The notes beneath the pieces were generated by a model. That model ran no database searches and had not been told where the DNA came from. It saw nothing but the letters and a program-made list of their open reading frames with translations. Position numbers and translations under genes: made by a program. A DNA stretch of 64,000 bases from Felis catus (lineage: Eukaryota). Shown here piece by piece: positions 39,334-53,015 of the stretch (positions within the stretch are counted from its first letter, which is position 1; the number at the start of each line of letters is the position of its first letter). Where the stretch lies: contig NC_058382.1 in the NCBI RefSeq assembly GCF_018350175.1, positions 61,692,001-61,756,000 on the forward strand, written 5' to 3'.

Positions 39334-39699
39334 TCGGGGGTAGGTATTAACATTTCTTATAAATATTCATATTAAAACTGTCCAGTTTGGCAAGTGAGGA
39401 TACAGTCATATTAATAAGATTTAAATAAAATCTAGAAGTAGGTCTGGGGTGGTTAATTTTATGTATTGTATAGGGGGAGCAGAGCGGAAGGTGCAGACCC
39501 TGTGGCCCCAGGCCCAGGTCCTGGGGGAATTTGGAGCTCCCTGAGTTCTGCCACCTGGCGACTGCAGGGTTGGGTGTCAGTGTGATGAGGGAGAATAAGG
39601 CAGTCTGGCACCCCACAACCCCGCCCGTGGGATCTGTGTGACATTCCTCAGGCACTTCTGGCTGCCCAAGAACCAAGGAAAGGGGCAAACAAATCGTTG

Positions 39700-40264
39700 A
39701 CTGATAGAGATCAGAGTCAGGTAGGACCCGAGCCTCCATCAGTTTAGATGTTTTAGTAAATTACAAGAAAAAGGCAATCTTATCAGTAGCTTAATCTTCA
39801 GAAACCTGTAGACTCAGTCTCTTGGAGCTCCAACTTCACCCTCTCCTCCATAGTGATGTGGGGGACAAAGGCAAGAAGGAAATTGAAGTTAAAACTAAAT
39901 TTCTTTATAACCTTCAGTCCATTGACAAATACTTGAGGCTGATACAGAGTATAACATTTCTCCAGGCACTCCCTACTTAGGTCTTAGCTTAGAGGGAAAA
40001 CAACCTTAGCTTGACAATAGCAAGGCCTCAGGTACCTTTTGAGTCCTCTTTAGCATATGAAAGTCTTCTGGAGGCCTCCCTTGGGTCTTTACCTTCCCCG
40101 ACTCCATAGTATGTAGCAGTCACTCTTCACAATCCTAGTGAAGCTCTCTCTGCCCACGGTCCTGTCCCGGTGCTTTAATAAGATCACCTTTTTGCATCAA
40201 AGACGTCTCAAGAATTCTTTCTTGGCCATCAGCTCTGAACCCCCATCATTCCCAAACCCCATCA
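39700..40264 (+). mobile_element. ERV1-type LTR
   Basis: LTR-like R/U5 (TGCTTTAATAAGATCACC...AAGAATTCTTTCTTGGC...CA); same family appears inverted at ~62770-62860; 5' boundary approximate. Confidence 0.7.
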
Positions 40265-41419
40265 TTCTTGCTGGAGGTCCTTGCCATAGGTCTGGGTGTG
40301 GCCCCATATGAGACTGCCTAGGTGACCCTGGCCGCCTACCTGGCCTCCCAAGAGCTGTGCTAGCTGTCCCTGGGGCCTCCACTGTGAATCAGGGCCCAGC
40401 ACGGGGCGCGTAGGTGAGCAAAACCCTTTTTCTTGGCCGTCGCAATGTGAGATTAAATTCCAGACGCTCTCACAGCCAATAACAGTAATAATAATGTGTC
40501 TTATATACATATATCTGTAGTAGTGGTTCTATTTTTCTGGAGAATCGTGATGAATTTGGGCCCACAAGTATTCAGTGAAATGATCATTAAGGGAAGTAAA
40601 ATTTTTTTTTTAAATGTTTATTTTTGAGTGAGAGAGACAGACAGAGTGCAAACGGGGAGGAGCAGAGAGAGAGGGAGACACAGACTCCGAAGCAGGCTCC
40701 AGGCTCCCAGCTGTCAGCACAGAGCTTAACGTGGGACTTGAACTCACCAACAGTGAGATCATTACCTGAGCCGATCAACTGACTGAGCCACCCAGCGGCC
40801 CCTAAGTTTCAAAATATTTTGGAAAAGATAACACTATTTGGCGGTTTGGGGAAGCAAGCTGGGAGAAGGCATGTACTGGTATAATCTCTATGAAGATCAT
40901 TTTGACAATAGCCATCAAGATGTAATATCTACATAATTTTTGATCCAGAAACTCTACTTTTCAAGATTTACACTATAGTTGTGCTTCCCTTTTATGAAAT
41001 GAAGTATGTTAAAAAAAATTTTTACCCACACTTTTTACAATAGCAAGAGATTTTATTGAGAAAAAAAGTGTTCAGCAGAAGACAATTTGTTAAATTACAG
41101 TTAACTATTCCGTAGTGGAATATTATAAAACTTCAAAAATGCATGAGGGTGTATTATATTTCAATAAAAAAAATGGAAACCTAATGAGATGGTTCAAGTG
41201 AATTTTTAACACGGACTAATTTCTAAATTTTTTCTTTAAAGTTTATTGATTTATTTTGAAAGAGAGAGAGTGCAAGAGGGATAGGGGCAGGGAGAGAGGG
41301 GAGAGAGCATCCCAAGTAGGCTCTGCACTGTCTGCATTGCCTTGTTTTTCTTTTGTGTCATTTGGAATGTTGTGTTTTCTTTTTTATTTTTATTTTTTAC
41401 TTAAAAATATACAAACATT

Positions 41420-41630
41420 GGGGCGCCTGGGTGGCGCAGTCGGTTAAGCGTCCGACTTCAGCCAGGTCACGATCTCGCAGTCTGTGAGTTCGAGCCCCGC
41501 GTCGGGCTCTGGGCTGATGGCTCAGAGCCTGGAGCCTGTTTCTGATTCTGTGTCTCCCTCTCTCTCTGCCCCTCCCCGTTCATGCTCTGTCTCTCTCTGT
41601 CCCAAAAATAAATAAAAACGTTGAAAAAAA
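41420..41630 (+). mobile_element. Young Felis-type SINE with perfect 17-bp TSD
   Basis: AAAAATATACAAACATT on both sides; CpGs largely intact. Confidence 0.93.
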
Positions 41631-42560
41631 AATATACAAACATTTACTGTAAATAACTTACTAAAAGAATAAATGAAAAGTATTGGGCTATATATATGGC
41701 ATACTTGCTTTCCTTATGTAAATGAAACATGTTGATCTGCCAGAATATAAGGTCAAAGTGTCCAATTGTCTCCCAAAGCTTCAGCCTAGCAGGTAAATTC
41801 TCATAGGTCAAAATGTTATACTGTGTCACTGGTTTACTGTTCTTCTCCAGAGATACCTGGTCCCAGCACTGTTGTTAAATTTTAGATTCCCCAGAAATGG
41901 TATAGCTAAAGGAGAGACTTTGTTCATAATGGAAATACACCTAAGAGAAAATGAAAGCCTCTGTCACCATTTTCAAGAATATTAGATGCAAGTCCTTGAA
42001 AAGTCACTCAGTTTTTCTAAACTTCACCTGACAAATAGTACAAAATCTCTAGTAAACCTGATTATAAGAAAGTAGTGTTGGAAACATTTAATTTTGCACA
42101 GCCTTATGCACTGGGGTACATTAGTTACATTTTGGGTAACACATCCATTCACTGTGATAACAATGTTGTCACATTCCCAGAAAGCAGCAGTTTTGAAGTT
42201 TGTTTTGTTTTGTTTTGCTTTTTACATATGTGCCTTTAAATACTGTATTAATTCTACTACATTGTGGTCAAGCATTCATTCAATGAAACACCTCTCCTGT
42301 CAAATTACATGCAAGCAGCATGCACAAAAACATTTTCAAATGTGCATTTAGCATGGTTTTATTTTCGTTACATGGTGAACACAATTTATTAAAATAACAG
42401 CTCTGAAGTTTGTACGCGAATAGCACTCATAGAAAAAAACTATTGTACTTGTATATTTAAATTCTGTTTTAAATGTATCGCATGGTGGTCACAGCATGGT
42501 AATGCGTGTAGAAGCTTCAACATGTTTACTAAGGTGAGATGAAGGTAAAGATAAACAGAG

Positions 42561-42640
42561 AGGGTTAGGGTCAGGATTTGGAGTTTAGGGGTCAAGGTTG
42601 GGGTCTGGGTCTAGTGGCTAAGGGTTAGGGTCAGGGTTAA
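42561..42640 (+). repeat. Short degenerate telomere-like (TTAGGG)n tract
   Basis: AGGGTTAGGGTCAGG...AAGGGTTAGGGTCAGGGTTA with 6-bp periodicity. Confidence 0.7.
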
Positions 42641-45600
42641 ACATAACTTGTCCCCTTCCTGTTCCTCATCATCTCTCCAGGATGCACAGGACTTGCCCAG
42701 GGTCACCCGTGAGGCAGAGATCAAGCTGGACCATGGGTTTTCTACTCTCCCCACCCCCATCCTGGGCTCTAACAGAAGAATGAAATGTCTGCTGGTTACG
42801 GTCTGTTTCAAATCCAGCCCAAACTCAGTCAAGAGCATGGAGGGCCTCAGAACTCATGCAGGTTCCTTCTGCCCTCCTTCCCTGGGAAGGGTGCTGCTGG
42901 CTCCAATCTGCGTGGGCAGTTCCAGGTTCCAGCATAGGTCTGACCCACGAGGATACGTGGGAGACAGGTGTGGATTTATATAGCACTGGGTGCAGTGGTC
43001 TACCAACCCCTACGTGCAGCCTTCTTTCAGGCTGGTGGGGCCCTCCTAGCACTGGCTGGGTCCTTTGTCCTATCCAAGCGATCAGCAGTAGACTGTCAGG
43101 TCTCAGACAGAGCAACCCTTGGCCTCTGACCACCCAGGCAGGCATCTGTAGTCTTCAAGCTCAGACCAGCCTGGGTGTTGACAACCCCGGACTGTGTTCC
43201 TGGCAATTGAACAGTCCATGGGCAGTGTAGACAGTCCCACTAGATGTTTTCATTTCCAGCATTTGTGTGGTTGAAACAAGTGCCTCCTCCCTCACTTCTA
43301 GTCTCCCAAGAAAGATAATAACCCTCCAAATGTGAATGTGGCCTTGGCCACTACAGCCACACAGCAGACTGGCCCTGCAGTCCTTTGGCCTCCCAGTTGT
43401 AATGCAAACCTTTGACATGCATACTCATTAGGAGTCAAGGATATAGGACCAACTGTGTCTCTCACTGACGCTGCATGGTCTCAGAGAGCCACATGCAGGA
43501 CCCAGGGACTGTGGCCTCCAGAAAGCCTGCAAAGTGTGGATTCCATGTTGTGGAATAATTCTTGAGCCTCTCATTGTTTCACTGAGCAATAATTTCCTTA
43601 CCATATTCACATTTGGTCTCTGCTCTTTGTAAAGGAGAGAGAAGAGACTGGAAAATGAGCTAGTTTGTTCTTTGGGCTTGGGTAATTAATGTGGCCGGGA
43701 GGCAGGTGTGACTCCTGGTCTCCCTCCTCCCAGGGACGTGAGTGAGGTCTGTGTGCCCTCCGGTCTCTGAGCACAAGGATCCAATGCCCAGTACAGGAGC
43801 CTTGGGTTTCCCACCAACAGCAAAGTTGCTTTTTCAGCAGGTGAAAGAGGACAGCAACAGCACTGGATGGGCAGCTGCAGCCCCAGCCCTGAGTGAACCC
43901 CTTCCTTCCGTGGGCACGGCGGGTTCCACAGCTGCGTATTCGGCCATCAGTGATGCGGAATCTGCTGCTTTCTGAACCCTTCATCTGTTCTCATGCCCAG
44001 GTTCAGCACCTCCGCTTTCCTTTGGGAACTGCATTTCACTCACTTCCCATCCAAACCGCTCCAGAGGGCAGATCCCACATCCCGCATACCTCAAAGACGG
44101 GCATATAACCAATCCAGCCAACCCCGTGCTCTACCCTCTGATGGCTCCAAGGATGAGAATGTGACCCAAGCCAGGCCAAAGGCACTTAAAGCCATGACTT
44201 TTCATGGAACCCAAGAGAAAGAGAAACTTTTCCCAGGAGAATGGACAGTGAGTGGGTGTCAGCCTGGAGTTGCTGGAGGCCCCAGATACAGTGAGAGAGA
44301 CTGTGCCTGTGAGTGGGGCTGCCCCAAAGGCACTTAGCAGGATGGAGTATTGAAGAGGGTCCAGGTCATACTGGGAGAGTATGAGCCCCTGGACCAGTCA
44401 GGTTCAAACCCACTCTTAACTTGCTTCTTGCAAGTATTCATTTATTTCTACCATTGAAAAATATTAACTTGTTTTACTTTAGTAAGTGTGTCCAGTCCCT
44501 TGCCATCTAAAAAGTGCTGGCTGACTCATCAGAACCAATAATTCCGGAGACTCCCTGTGCATGGTATCCTCACTGGGCGGGCCATGGTTGGGGGAGACAA
44601 AGACAGTGGGTGGGGTCAGGTCTCAGGGGAGCTCCAGAACAGCTCTTTATCCTTGTTCGTTCTCTGTCCTGGGAAAGGAAAACCCCCAGAACAATGAGAG
44701 GAGGACCATCAGGAGGAGGAGGCTCTGGATGAGCAATCGGTCTGTTTGTATTTTCCTTATTTTAGGGTACATTTTGTTAATGTGTGTTTTTACTAGGAAG
44801 CCACTCATCTCTAGCTTTCCAGTCTGATGCAGTAGGTTTCTCTTATTTGATCTTTAGTTTTGACTTTTTCTATTTTTCTACAGAATTGTCACAATTAATG
44901 AACAAATATTAATGTTATAAGGTTTATTTTTGAGAGAGAGAGAGAGAGAGAGATCATGGGGGAGGGGAGAGGGAGAGAGAGAGTCCCAAGGAGGCTCTCA
45001 GCTGCCAGTGCATAGCCCGACAACGGGGCTCAAACCCACTAACCATGAGATCATGACCAAGAGTCAGATGCTTAACCAACAGAGCCACCCAGGTGCTTTG
45101 ATAGGTTGTTATTTACTAAAACTCATACTTTATTCAGGTTCCCTCTGTTCTACTTTTTCCTCCTCCAGTGTTGCCTGCTGGGCACCACATGACATGTATC
45201 CACCACATCCCTTGAGGCTCTTTATGGCTCACATGGCTGCGACAGTCCCTCAGACTTGTCTTGTTTCAATGACCTTGGCAGTGTCAAGGAGGACTGGTCA
45301 GGTAATCCTCAGTGGGATTTACTGGGTGTTTGCCTCATGATTAGATTGGGGTTATGGGTTTTGAGGAAGCAGATCACAGAGGTAAAGTGCTCTGTCATCA
45401 CTGCATATTAAAGGAACATGCTCTGGAGGCTACTTATCACTTTCTGTGTTCACTTTGGTCGCCTGGCTGAGGCAGTGCTTGTCATGCTTCCCCACTGTGA
45501 ATTACTCTTTCCCATGTGCATATGATGTGTCTTCTTGAGCAGGAATATACTACGCGGAGCCCACAGTGTAGGAGAGCGGAGTTAGCTCCACCTCCTTGAT

Positions 45601-45648
45601 GGATGGCTGAGTGTCTACATCTATTATGTGGAATTTGATAGGAGAGGT

Positions 45649-45830
45649 CTATTCAACCCATTTTTTAAAAATATGAAATGTATTGTCAGATTGGTTTCCA
45701 TACAACACCCACTGTTCATCCCAACAGGTGCCCTCCTCAATACCCATCACCCACCCTCCCCTCCCTCCCACCCCCCCATCAACCCTCAGTTTATTCTCAG
45801 TTTTTAAGAGTCTCTTATTCAACCCATTTT
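45649..45830 (-). mobile_element. Very short 5'-truncated L1 3' end with TSD
   Basis: L1 3'UTR terminus flanked by TATTCAACCCATTT twice. Confidence 0.85.
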
Positions 45831-46204
45831 TTTTAAAAAAACTATGTAATCTGTTAAAAATGTAACCAAGTAATTTAAAAGATCCCATTGGAACAATTAA
45901 TGAAGCAGGCAGCGTCCCGTCTAGTAAACAGAAAGGAGCTCTTTGAGCTGTAAGGAAGGAAAGGTTTTTAAAGGCAGAGAGGGAATTGAAAAAAAGGAAA
46001 TTACTAGCAGAAGATGCATTGTTTTAGGCAAGGTCACCCTTCCAAGGGGACCAAAAGGGGCCATTCAGTACATTTTCCAGGTTGACTGGTTAAAGGTTAT
46101 CTGGGGCGTGTGTGTGTGAAACTGCAGTTAGGTTAGGTAGTAAGTCTTGCTTTGCTGGGTCTCTGAACATAAGTGACTCCACTTTTGGGACTGAAGTTTC
46201 ATTT

Positions 46205-46430
46205 TTTTTTTTTTAATTTTTTTTCAATGTTTTTTATTTATTTTTGGGACAGAGAGAGACAGAGCATGAATGGGGGAGGGGCAGAGAGAGAGGGAGACAC
46301 AGAATCGGAAACAGGCTCCAGGCTCCGAGCCATCAGCCCAGAGCCTGACGCGGGGCTCGAACTCACGGACCGCGAGATCGTGACCTGGCTGAAGTCGGAC
46401 GCTTAACCAACTGCGCCACCCAGGCGCCCC
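46205..46430 (-). mobile_element. Young Felis-type SINE
   Basis: TSD TGAAGTTTCATTTTT; near-consensus sequence. Confidence 0.92.
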
Positions 46431-47246
46431 TGAAGTTTCATTTTTAACTATCTATCATCTATTTATTTTTTACAGTGAGGACAACTGGGTAGTCATTTTA
46501 GGCTGTTGGTTATACTCCAGCACTACAGTGTTTGGTGGCTGGTTCATTTCTCCTTGGCCATTGAGAGTACTTTCCATTGGCTTCTGTTTTCCTTTGACAT
46601 ATTTCATGTGGGGTTTTTCTTGGTACTTTCTTACTTTCTGATACTGGCTCCTATATTTAATGTCTTAGTCCTGGTGTCAGCAATTTCTTCAAGGAGCCCT
46701 GGTTCCTTTCATTAGAGAATGTATTAAAAAACTTAAATATGGGATGTAAATGTGCTCAGTGGACAATGCAAGGAAATATGTGCATATATTGCAACCTATG
46801 TATATATACCTAATTATAAACGTTTCTATGTGGAACTGTCTGTATCTATATTAAGCTAAAGATCAGTTTTCACTGATGTCTCTAACCATATCTCATCACA
46901 TGCACATTGTGATCTTCTCCCTTTGCTGGTCTGTAACCTCCCACTCCAGTAGTGAGAAACCTGGCTCCCATCATCTGCCATTTATGTAATTCATCGCTCC
47001 ATTCCAGATCGCAGATGTGGTGTTTTCAGAACTGTTAGCTGCCACCCTAAGGGAAAGAACTTTATGAAATAGAGTCCACTGCTTATGTACAGTACATTTT
47101 TCCTTTTGTTCACAGATTCCATTCACTTCCAAAGTTATTTAGGTCAGCACGTTTTGCTATGTAACCATGAGCAAAACTACAGTTTTTTTTTTTTTTTTTG
47201 TACGTTCCTAATACAGTTAGATTAATTGTCACATTCTGTACTCCAT

Positions 47247-47766
47247 TGAAGGGGAGGAAGAAATTTTCCTCCTGCAAGATTCTTCCAGCTGGACTAAGAA
47301 TTATATTGACATGAGACAGATTGAAAGGGGAAAAAAATCAAGGTGCACATGGGGGTCCCATAATGAAATTGAGACCCAAAGAAATAACAAAGGCAGGCAG
47401 TTTTTATACTTTGTGGACAAAGAGAAAGTAAACCTGTGATGAATTCACAGGACAAAGAAAACTTAACCTTGAGAGAGAGTAAGGAACTCTAAACAGAAAT
47501 TGGGCTGTGGTAGTAACTTAGTAAAAAGTAACAAGGGTTGTTTATACAGCTTTCTGGGCTCTAAATTTCCCATCTCTGGTGATGTGGGAATCTCTTTACC
47601 ACCTGGTACAGGGAGATCTTCACATGGAGATTGATGTCATGCTTCCAGGGGGACAGATGGGGTCTGAGTGTTCCTCTTACGTTGGCTATCTCTTAAGTAA
47701 CTTTTATTTAAATGATCTATGTGCCAAAGTGGCACATTTGGGGCAGCCTGCCCTTGGGCCCTAACA
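47247..47766. mobile_element. Probable solo LTR
   Basis: TG...AACA termini and LTR-like composition within old L1 sequence; family not assigned. Confidence 0.45.
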
Positions 47767-47934
47767 TCCTGTGACAATACTACATTCTAAATAACTTAAG
47801 TTTAGTGGATTATGGTTTACCCTTTGTGATGTAAAAATGTTTGAGTTTTGACAAATGCATTTTGGCTGGTAAAAATCACTCGAATATCATCAAATACTTC
47901 AACCACCCAACCCTGATCCTTTTATCAATCTCTA

Positions 47935-48200
47935 GTTAGGTTTAGGGTTAGGTTTAGGATTAGGGTTAGGGGTTAGGGTTAAGGTCAGGTCAGGGTCAGG
48001 TTCGGGGTTGGGGTCGGGGTTGGGGTTAGTGTTAGGGTTAGACATAGAGTTACAGTTAGGGTTAAAGTTAGGATTTGGGATTTCAGAAGGCTTTTGGGTT
48101 TAGGGTTACGGCTAGGTGTAAAGCCGTAAAGTTAGGATTAGTGTTAGTGTTAGGGCTATGTGTATGGTTAGGGTTAATATTTAGGTTTGAGGGTTAGGGT
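47935..48200 (+). repeat. Degenerate interstitial telomeric repeat (TTAGGG with TCAGGG/TTGGGG/TCGGGG variants)
   Basis: ~265 bp with 6-bp periodicity, G-rich strand on plus. Confidence 0.9.
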
Positions 48201-48476
48201 TCCTGTAAAGTTTATGAGAATGTCTATGCCAGCGGGACTCTTACTGTAATTGCACTTAGTGGTGTCACCGAAGACATATTCGGACCTGGATAGTAGCTGA
48301 ACGATGCTCCCTAGCCAGTCATGTCCTTACCTTCCAATTCCATTCCCAACATGAAGACCCTGAAACCTCATGTGGACTCCTCCTATTTATGAAATATCCA
48401 CCGGAGATACAGATAGGACACCTACTTCCTGTGCTGGAAGGAAGGGACGTGGGGAAAAGCCTATATGGTCTCCAGC

Positions 48477-48515
<39 letters not shown>

Positions 48516-51500
48516 CATATTTTGCATTGCAGGTTCCCATTAACCCCCTTCAATAATTGATGACATAGGAAATGGTCATTATTGCTGTAACTAGTTTAGA
48601 CCAAGGGATGTGGGACCCTTCTCTCCTCGGAGCTCATGGGCTCTCTGCCTGCTACCTAAATGCAGAATTGTGTTCTTTTGTCAGGTAACAAAGTGAGGAG
48701 ACACTGAGTAGGAAGAGGGCGGTGTCTTCCATGAGTGTCGAGTTGGGTGGGGAGGGTCCCAGATATGCCTTCTTATTTCAGGCAAGGAATGTTATGTTCA
48801 GAACTCCTAAATAAGGTTAAATCTCAATTCTTTTTGGATTAGAGAGGAAGAACATGAAAATGTGAGCAACAAAGCCAACGGTAGTCCATTATTTGAATCA
48901 TGCGTCCCACACTTTGTCTTGGAAACAAAAGCGATTCAAGGAGTTCCTGCCCACTCTCCACCCAACAAAATCCTGCTGAGGCGTCAGTGGTCTTGTAGAC
49001 CCTCTGCAGCAGATAAGATGAGGCCAGGTGGATGCAGGGAGGGCCAGCTGCAAGGACAGCTTCTCCGGGAGCTCCCCCAAATGGGGATCAGCCCGCACTT
49101 GGGACTTCCAGCTAATCTGGATCAGAACACTGTGCCGATGTGTCTGAGACTCAGCTGCACCTGTCAACAGGGTCTCCCAGGCTGGTATGTTTCTCCCACC
49201 AGAATTGTGAAATCTTCTGTCACCATATACATTTGGGAAATGCCAGGAGCATCTCCTTGGGCTTCAGCCCCAGCACACTGGCCAGGACCCAGCAGCAGAA
49301 GCCTAGTGCAGATATGAGTGTAAGTGGTGGGGCCACCCGTCAAGCATCTGGCAGCTTCCCCTGGAGGGAAGTGCTAACCTGCCCTATTAGCCAGGACACA
49401 TGAAAATAGGGGTCCCCCACCCCTTGCCAAAGTCACCTGCCCCTGTTTGGACAATCACCTGTCTGGACAAGGAGGCCAGAACACCCTGCCTGCATGTTGG
49501 TAGTGGGGAAACCCGAGCTCTGGGGTGTCAGGGGCACAGCACCGGCTGCCAGCCACCTCTGCCCACCAGCAATGCTCCAAGCAGGGTAGGGTCTCTAACC
49601 AGACTTGATAAACAGAACATACAGACTGCGTGCTTTTGTGTGGGGCTCCTGACACTCAGAACCCTGTCTCAGAGATTCATCTGTTTCCTGGCGTGGACCC
49701 TTCCTTTTCCGCTGCTGAGTGGTGTTCTACCACGAATGCACCGGGATTCCTTTGCCTTTCTACCTTTGTCCACTTGGATGGTTCTTAATTTGAGGTTATA
49801 ATAAAGCTGCTAGGAGCATTCCTGTACCTGCCTTTGGTTGAACATGTGCCCTGATTTTGAGGGATCTACACCCAGAAGAGGGACTGGCAGGTTAGAGAGC
49901 GTGTGCCTGACTGCCTTGAGTGGTGCTGCTGAACCGATTTCCAAAGCAGCTGTACCGTTTCATGCCCCCACCAGCTGCTCCACATCCTCCCCAGCACGCG
50001 GTATTGTCAACTCTAGAATTCTGGCGGGTGAGTAGTTTTCCACGTACGTTTATTACAGCGCCAATTACACTAGAGTGTTGGGGGGAGTTCCCTAACTTGG
50101 CACTCCTATCTATTTCCCCTTCCTTAATGTAGTACACTTATAGCTGGGCCTGTGGTCACTCAGCTGGCGACTGCACGTCCCAGCTTCCCTTGCAGCTGCA
50201 AGCACCCCGTGACTAAGTTCTGGTCAATGATATGTGACAGAGCTGATGTGTGCCACTTCCAGTCCCACTGAATCTGTGAGCATGCCCTTCCTCCCCGCAG
50301 ATGCCATGCTGCCCAGGGTCGGCCTGTCTACCTCTGGCAATGTTATGTTAGAAGTAAATAGGTGTCCACCTTCGTTAAGCCACTGCATTTCTGGTCTCTT
50401 TATTATGGCAGCAAGCTGTGCCCCCAAAGGATGCACTGTGATTGCACGTTCACCTGTGGCTCTAACACAGCGACACCTGTGCTGATTCTGTCTGTTCAGC
50501 CCCATCCTTTCGCCAGGGTGCCGTTCCCACCCAGCCCTGAGGTTCTGTGAGATGATGGGCCCACCCTGCCTGGGCATAGGCAGGTGGCCCCGGTCTAACT
50601 GGTCATGGGTCCCCATCCTGTTTGGGGTTATAGTTTCATGGGTTGGGCATGAGACCCAACTGTAGTCCTCCCATTAGACTCTCAGTATGGTGAGAGAGTC
50701 TTGTTATTACTGTGGATTGTGGCGGGAGAGGGAAACCAACACTCCAGCAGAACCAGAGACAATCAGACAGAGGACAGGAGGAAGCCCAACAATGGTGTCT
50801 CAGCTCCTGGATGAGCAGCACCTTTAGATGTAAGTGATCCAAGACTGTGAGCTGAACTGCTGTCACTTGCAACTAAAAGTCCCATCTCCTTCACTAATAA
50901 TAAAATAAACATGTTTGGGAGCGATTTTATATAAGTATTGTGTTAAGTGGTAAAGTCTGGAGACACCCTTTAAAATGATAATTGTTTCTTGTTAATGTTT
51001 ATTTACTTATTTTGAGAGAGGGCGTAAGTAGGGGAGAGGGGCAGAGGGAGGGAAAGAATCCCAAGCACGCTCTATGCTCAGTGCATAGTCCGATTCAGGG
51101 CTCAATCCCATGACCCTGGGATCGCCACCTGAGCCAAGATCAAGAGTCTAACCAACTGAGCCACCCAGGCACCCATAAAATAGTAATTCTTGATCTGGAG
51201 AGACTTTGGAGGGTCTATCCAGGTAAAATGGATGGGTGGTCCACTTATATGTGGATTCAAAAATTTTCTGTGTGTGAATTTTTGAGAAATCATACCATAC
51301 AGTCCCGTAAATATACTTTCTCTTCCTATGATTTCCTCAACGACATTTTCTTTTCTCTGGGTTACTTTTTCGTAAGATTTCAGCATATGATACAAACAAC
51401 ATGCACAATATGTACTAATGCACTGTATCAGTAAGGCTTCTGCTCAGCAGAAGTGGTTAGTGGTTAGGTTTGGGAAAGTCAGAGTTATTCATGGATTTTT

Positions 51501-52344
51501 TACTTCATGGGGGGTTGTTGCCCTAACCCTCACGTTGTTTAAGAACACATCAACATTGGTACATGTAACAGATCATCATTTTTGGAAGGAATAATATTAG
51601 ATGAGGGTATTTAGTAGAAAAGACCCCAAACCTGCCAAACCAGTGAGTGAATAGGCATTAGCATGAGATGCCCTGCTGACATGTAATCCTGCCCGATGTT
51701 GACATGAGGCAGACGGTTACTGTTCTTGTGTCTATTGTGTAAGTATTGGCAAATGTACACACCTGTGAGACCATCTCCACGATCCAGGACATTTCCTTCA
51801 CCCCCAGAGTCCCCTCACGTCCACTCAAAGTAAACCCCACCCCCTGCCTGCCATTTGCCAGACAAATATGCATCTGCCTTCCCTCCCTGTCCACCTGCTT
51901 TCCCTGTTCTCTGACCTTGGGGTCATGAGACGGACAGTCTCTCTCTACAGGACATCTGAACCTGACGTGGGGGATGTGCACCAGCAATTTGCTCGTGTCC
52001 ACGTGGTCTCTCGTATGCACGGTCCTACCTCTTGTTTATTCATTTACTAGTGGATGGACACTGAGTGGTTTCCATGTTTGTGATGGTTGTAAATCAATGC
52101 CTTTAACAGTGGATAGTATGAGTTTAGAAAAAACGGATGTTTATTATTATAAGAAAGTAAATTATGCTCATACCACACATAGATATTTGAATAAAGGATA
52201 AAGAAGCAATATTTCTTCAGAGTCCCACTACTCAGTTGTAACCACCAGGCTATTTTGCTGTGTTTCTTCCCAAACTGTGCCATGTGTGTGTATGTACATA
52301 AAATCATGATAATTGGGAAAGTAATGCAAATGTAATTTTGTTCT

Positions 52345-52588
52345 TGTCTTTTATTTTATTTTTATTTTATTTTATTTTTTTTTCAACGTTTTTTATTTAT
52401 TCTTGGGACAGAGAGAGACAGAGCATGAACGGGGGAGGGGCAGAGAGAGGGAGACACAGAATCGGAAACAGGCTCCAGGCTCCGAGCCATCAGCCCAGAG
52501 CCCGACGTGGGGCTCGAACTCACGGACTGCGAGATCGTGACCTGGCCGAAGTCGGACGCTTAACCGACTGCGCCACCCAGCCGCCCCT
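52345..52588 (-). mobile_element. Young Felis-type SINE
   Basis: TSD TGTTCTTGTCTTTTAT. Confidence 0.9.
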
Positions 52589-52614
52589 GTTCTTGTCTTT
52601 TATAATGAACATGA

Positions 52615-53015
52615 GTGTCTTAGTGTGGGTTTTCCGGGGAAGCATAACGTATAACATTTATTAAAAGGAATTGGCTCATACAGTTATGGAGGATGGGAGC
52701 CCCCTGACCTGCAGCCAGCCTGCTGCAGACCCGGGAGCAAGGGGGGGCGGGGCGGGTCAGAGCCTGAGCCAGGAAGCCCAGGAGCACAAGCACAGCAGGT
52801 GCACATTCTGGTTCAAGGGCAGAGAAGCCCGGGTCCTGCTCAGCAGCCAGGCAGAGAGGGGTTTACTCCCCTTTCTGCTGTATTCAGGCCTCAGTGCACT
52901 GGACGAGGCCCACCCTCACTAGGGAGGGCAGATTCAGGTGTGAACCTCACCCAGAAGCACCTCACAGTTGCACCTAGAATGCTGTTTGGCACACAGAGAG
53001 ATTGATCTTAGGACA
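52615..53015. mobile_element. MLT2/ERVL-like LTR remnant
   Basis: TGTCTTAGT...GGAATTGGCTCATACAGTTATGGAGG...GAGGCCCACCC motifs. Confidence 0.6.

Noticed and set aside
48240..48480. Possible env-like peptide (TYFLCWKEGTWGKAYMVS) after the telomeric tract
   Set aside because: Too short and ambiguous to support without a search
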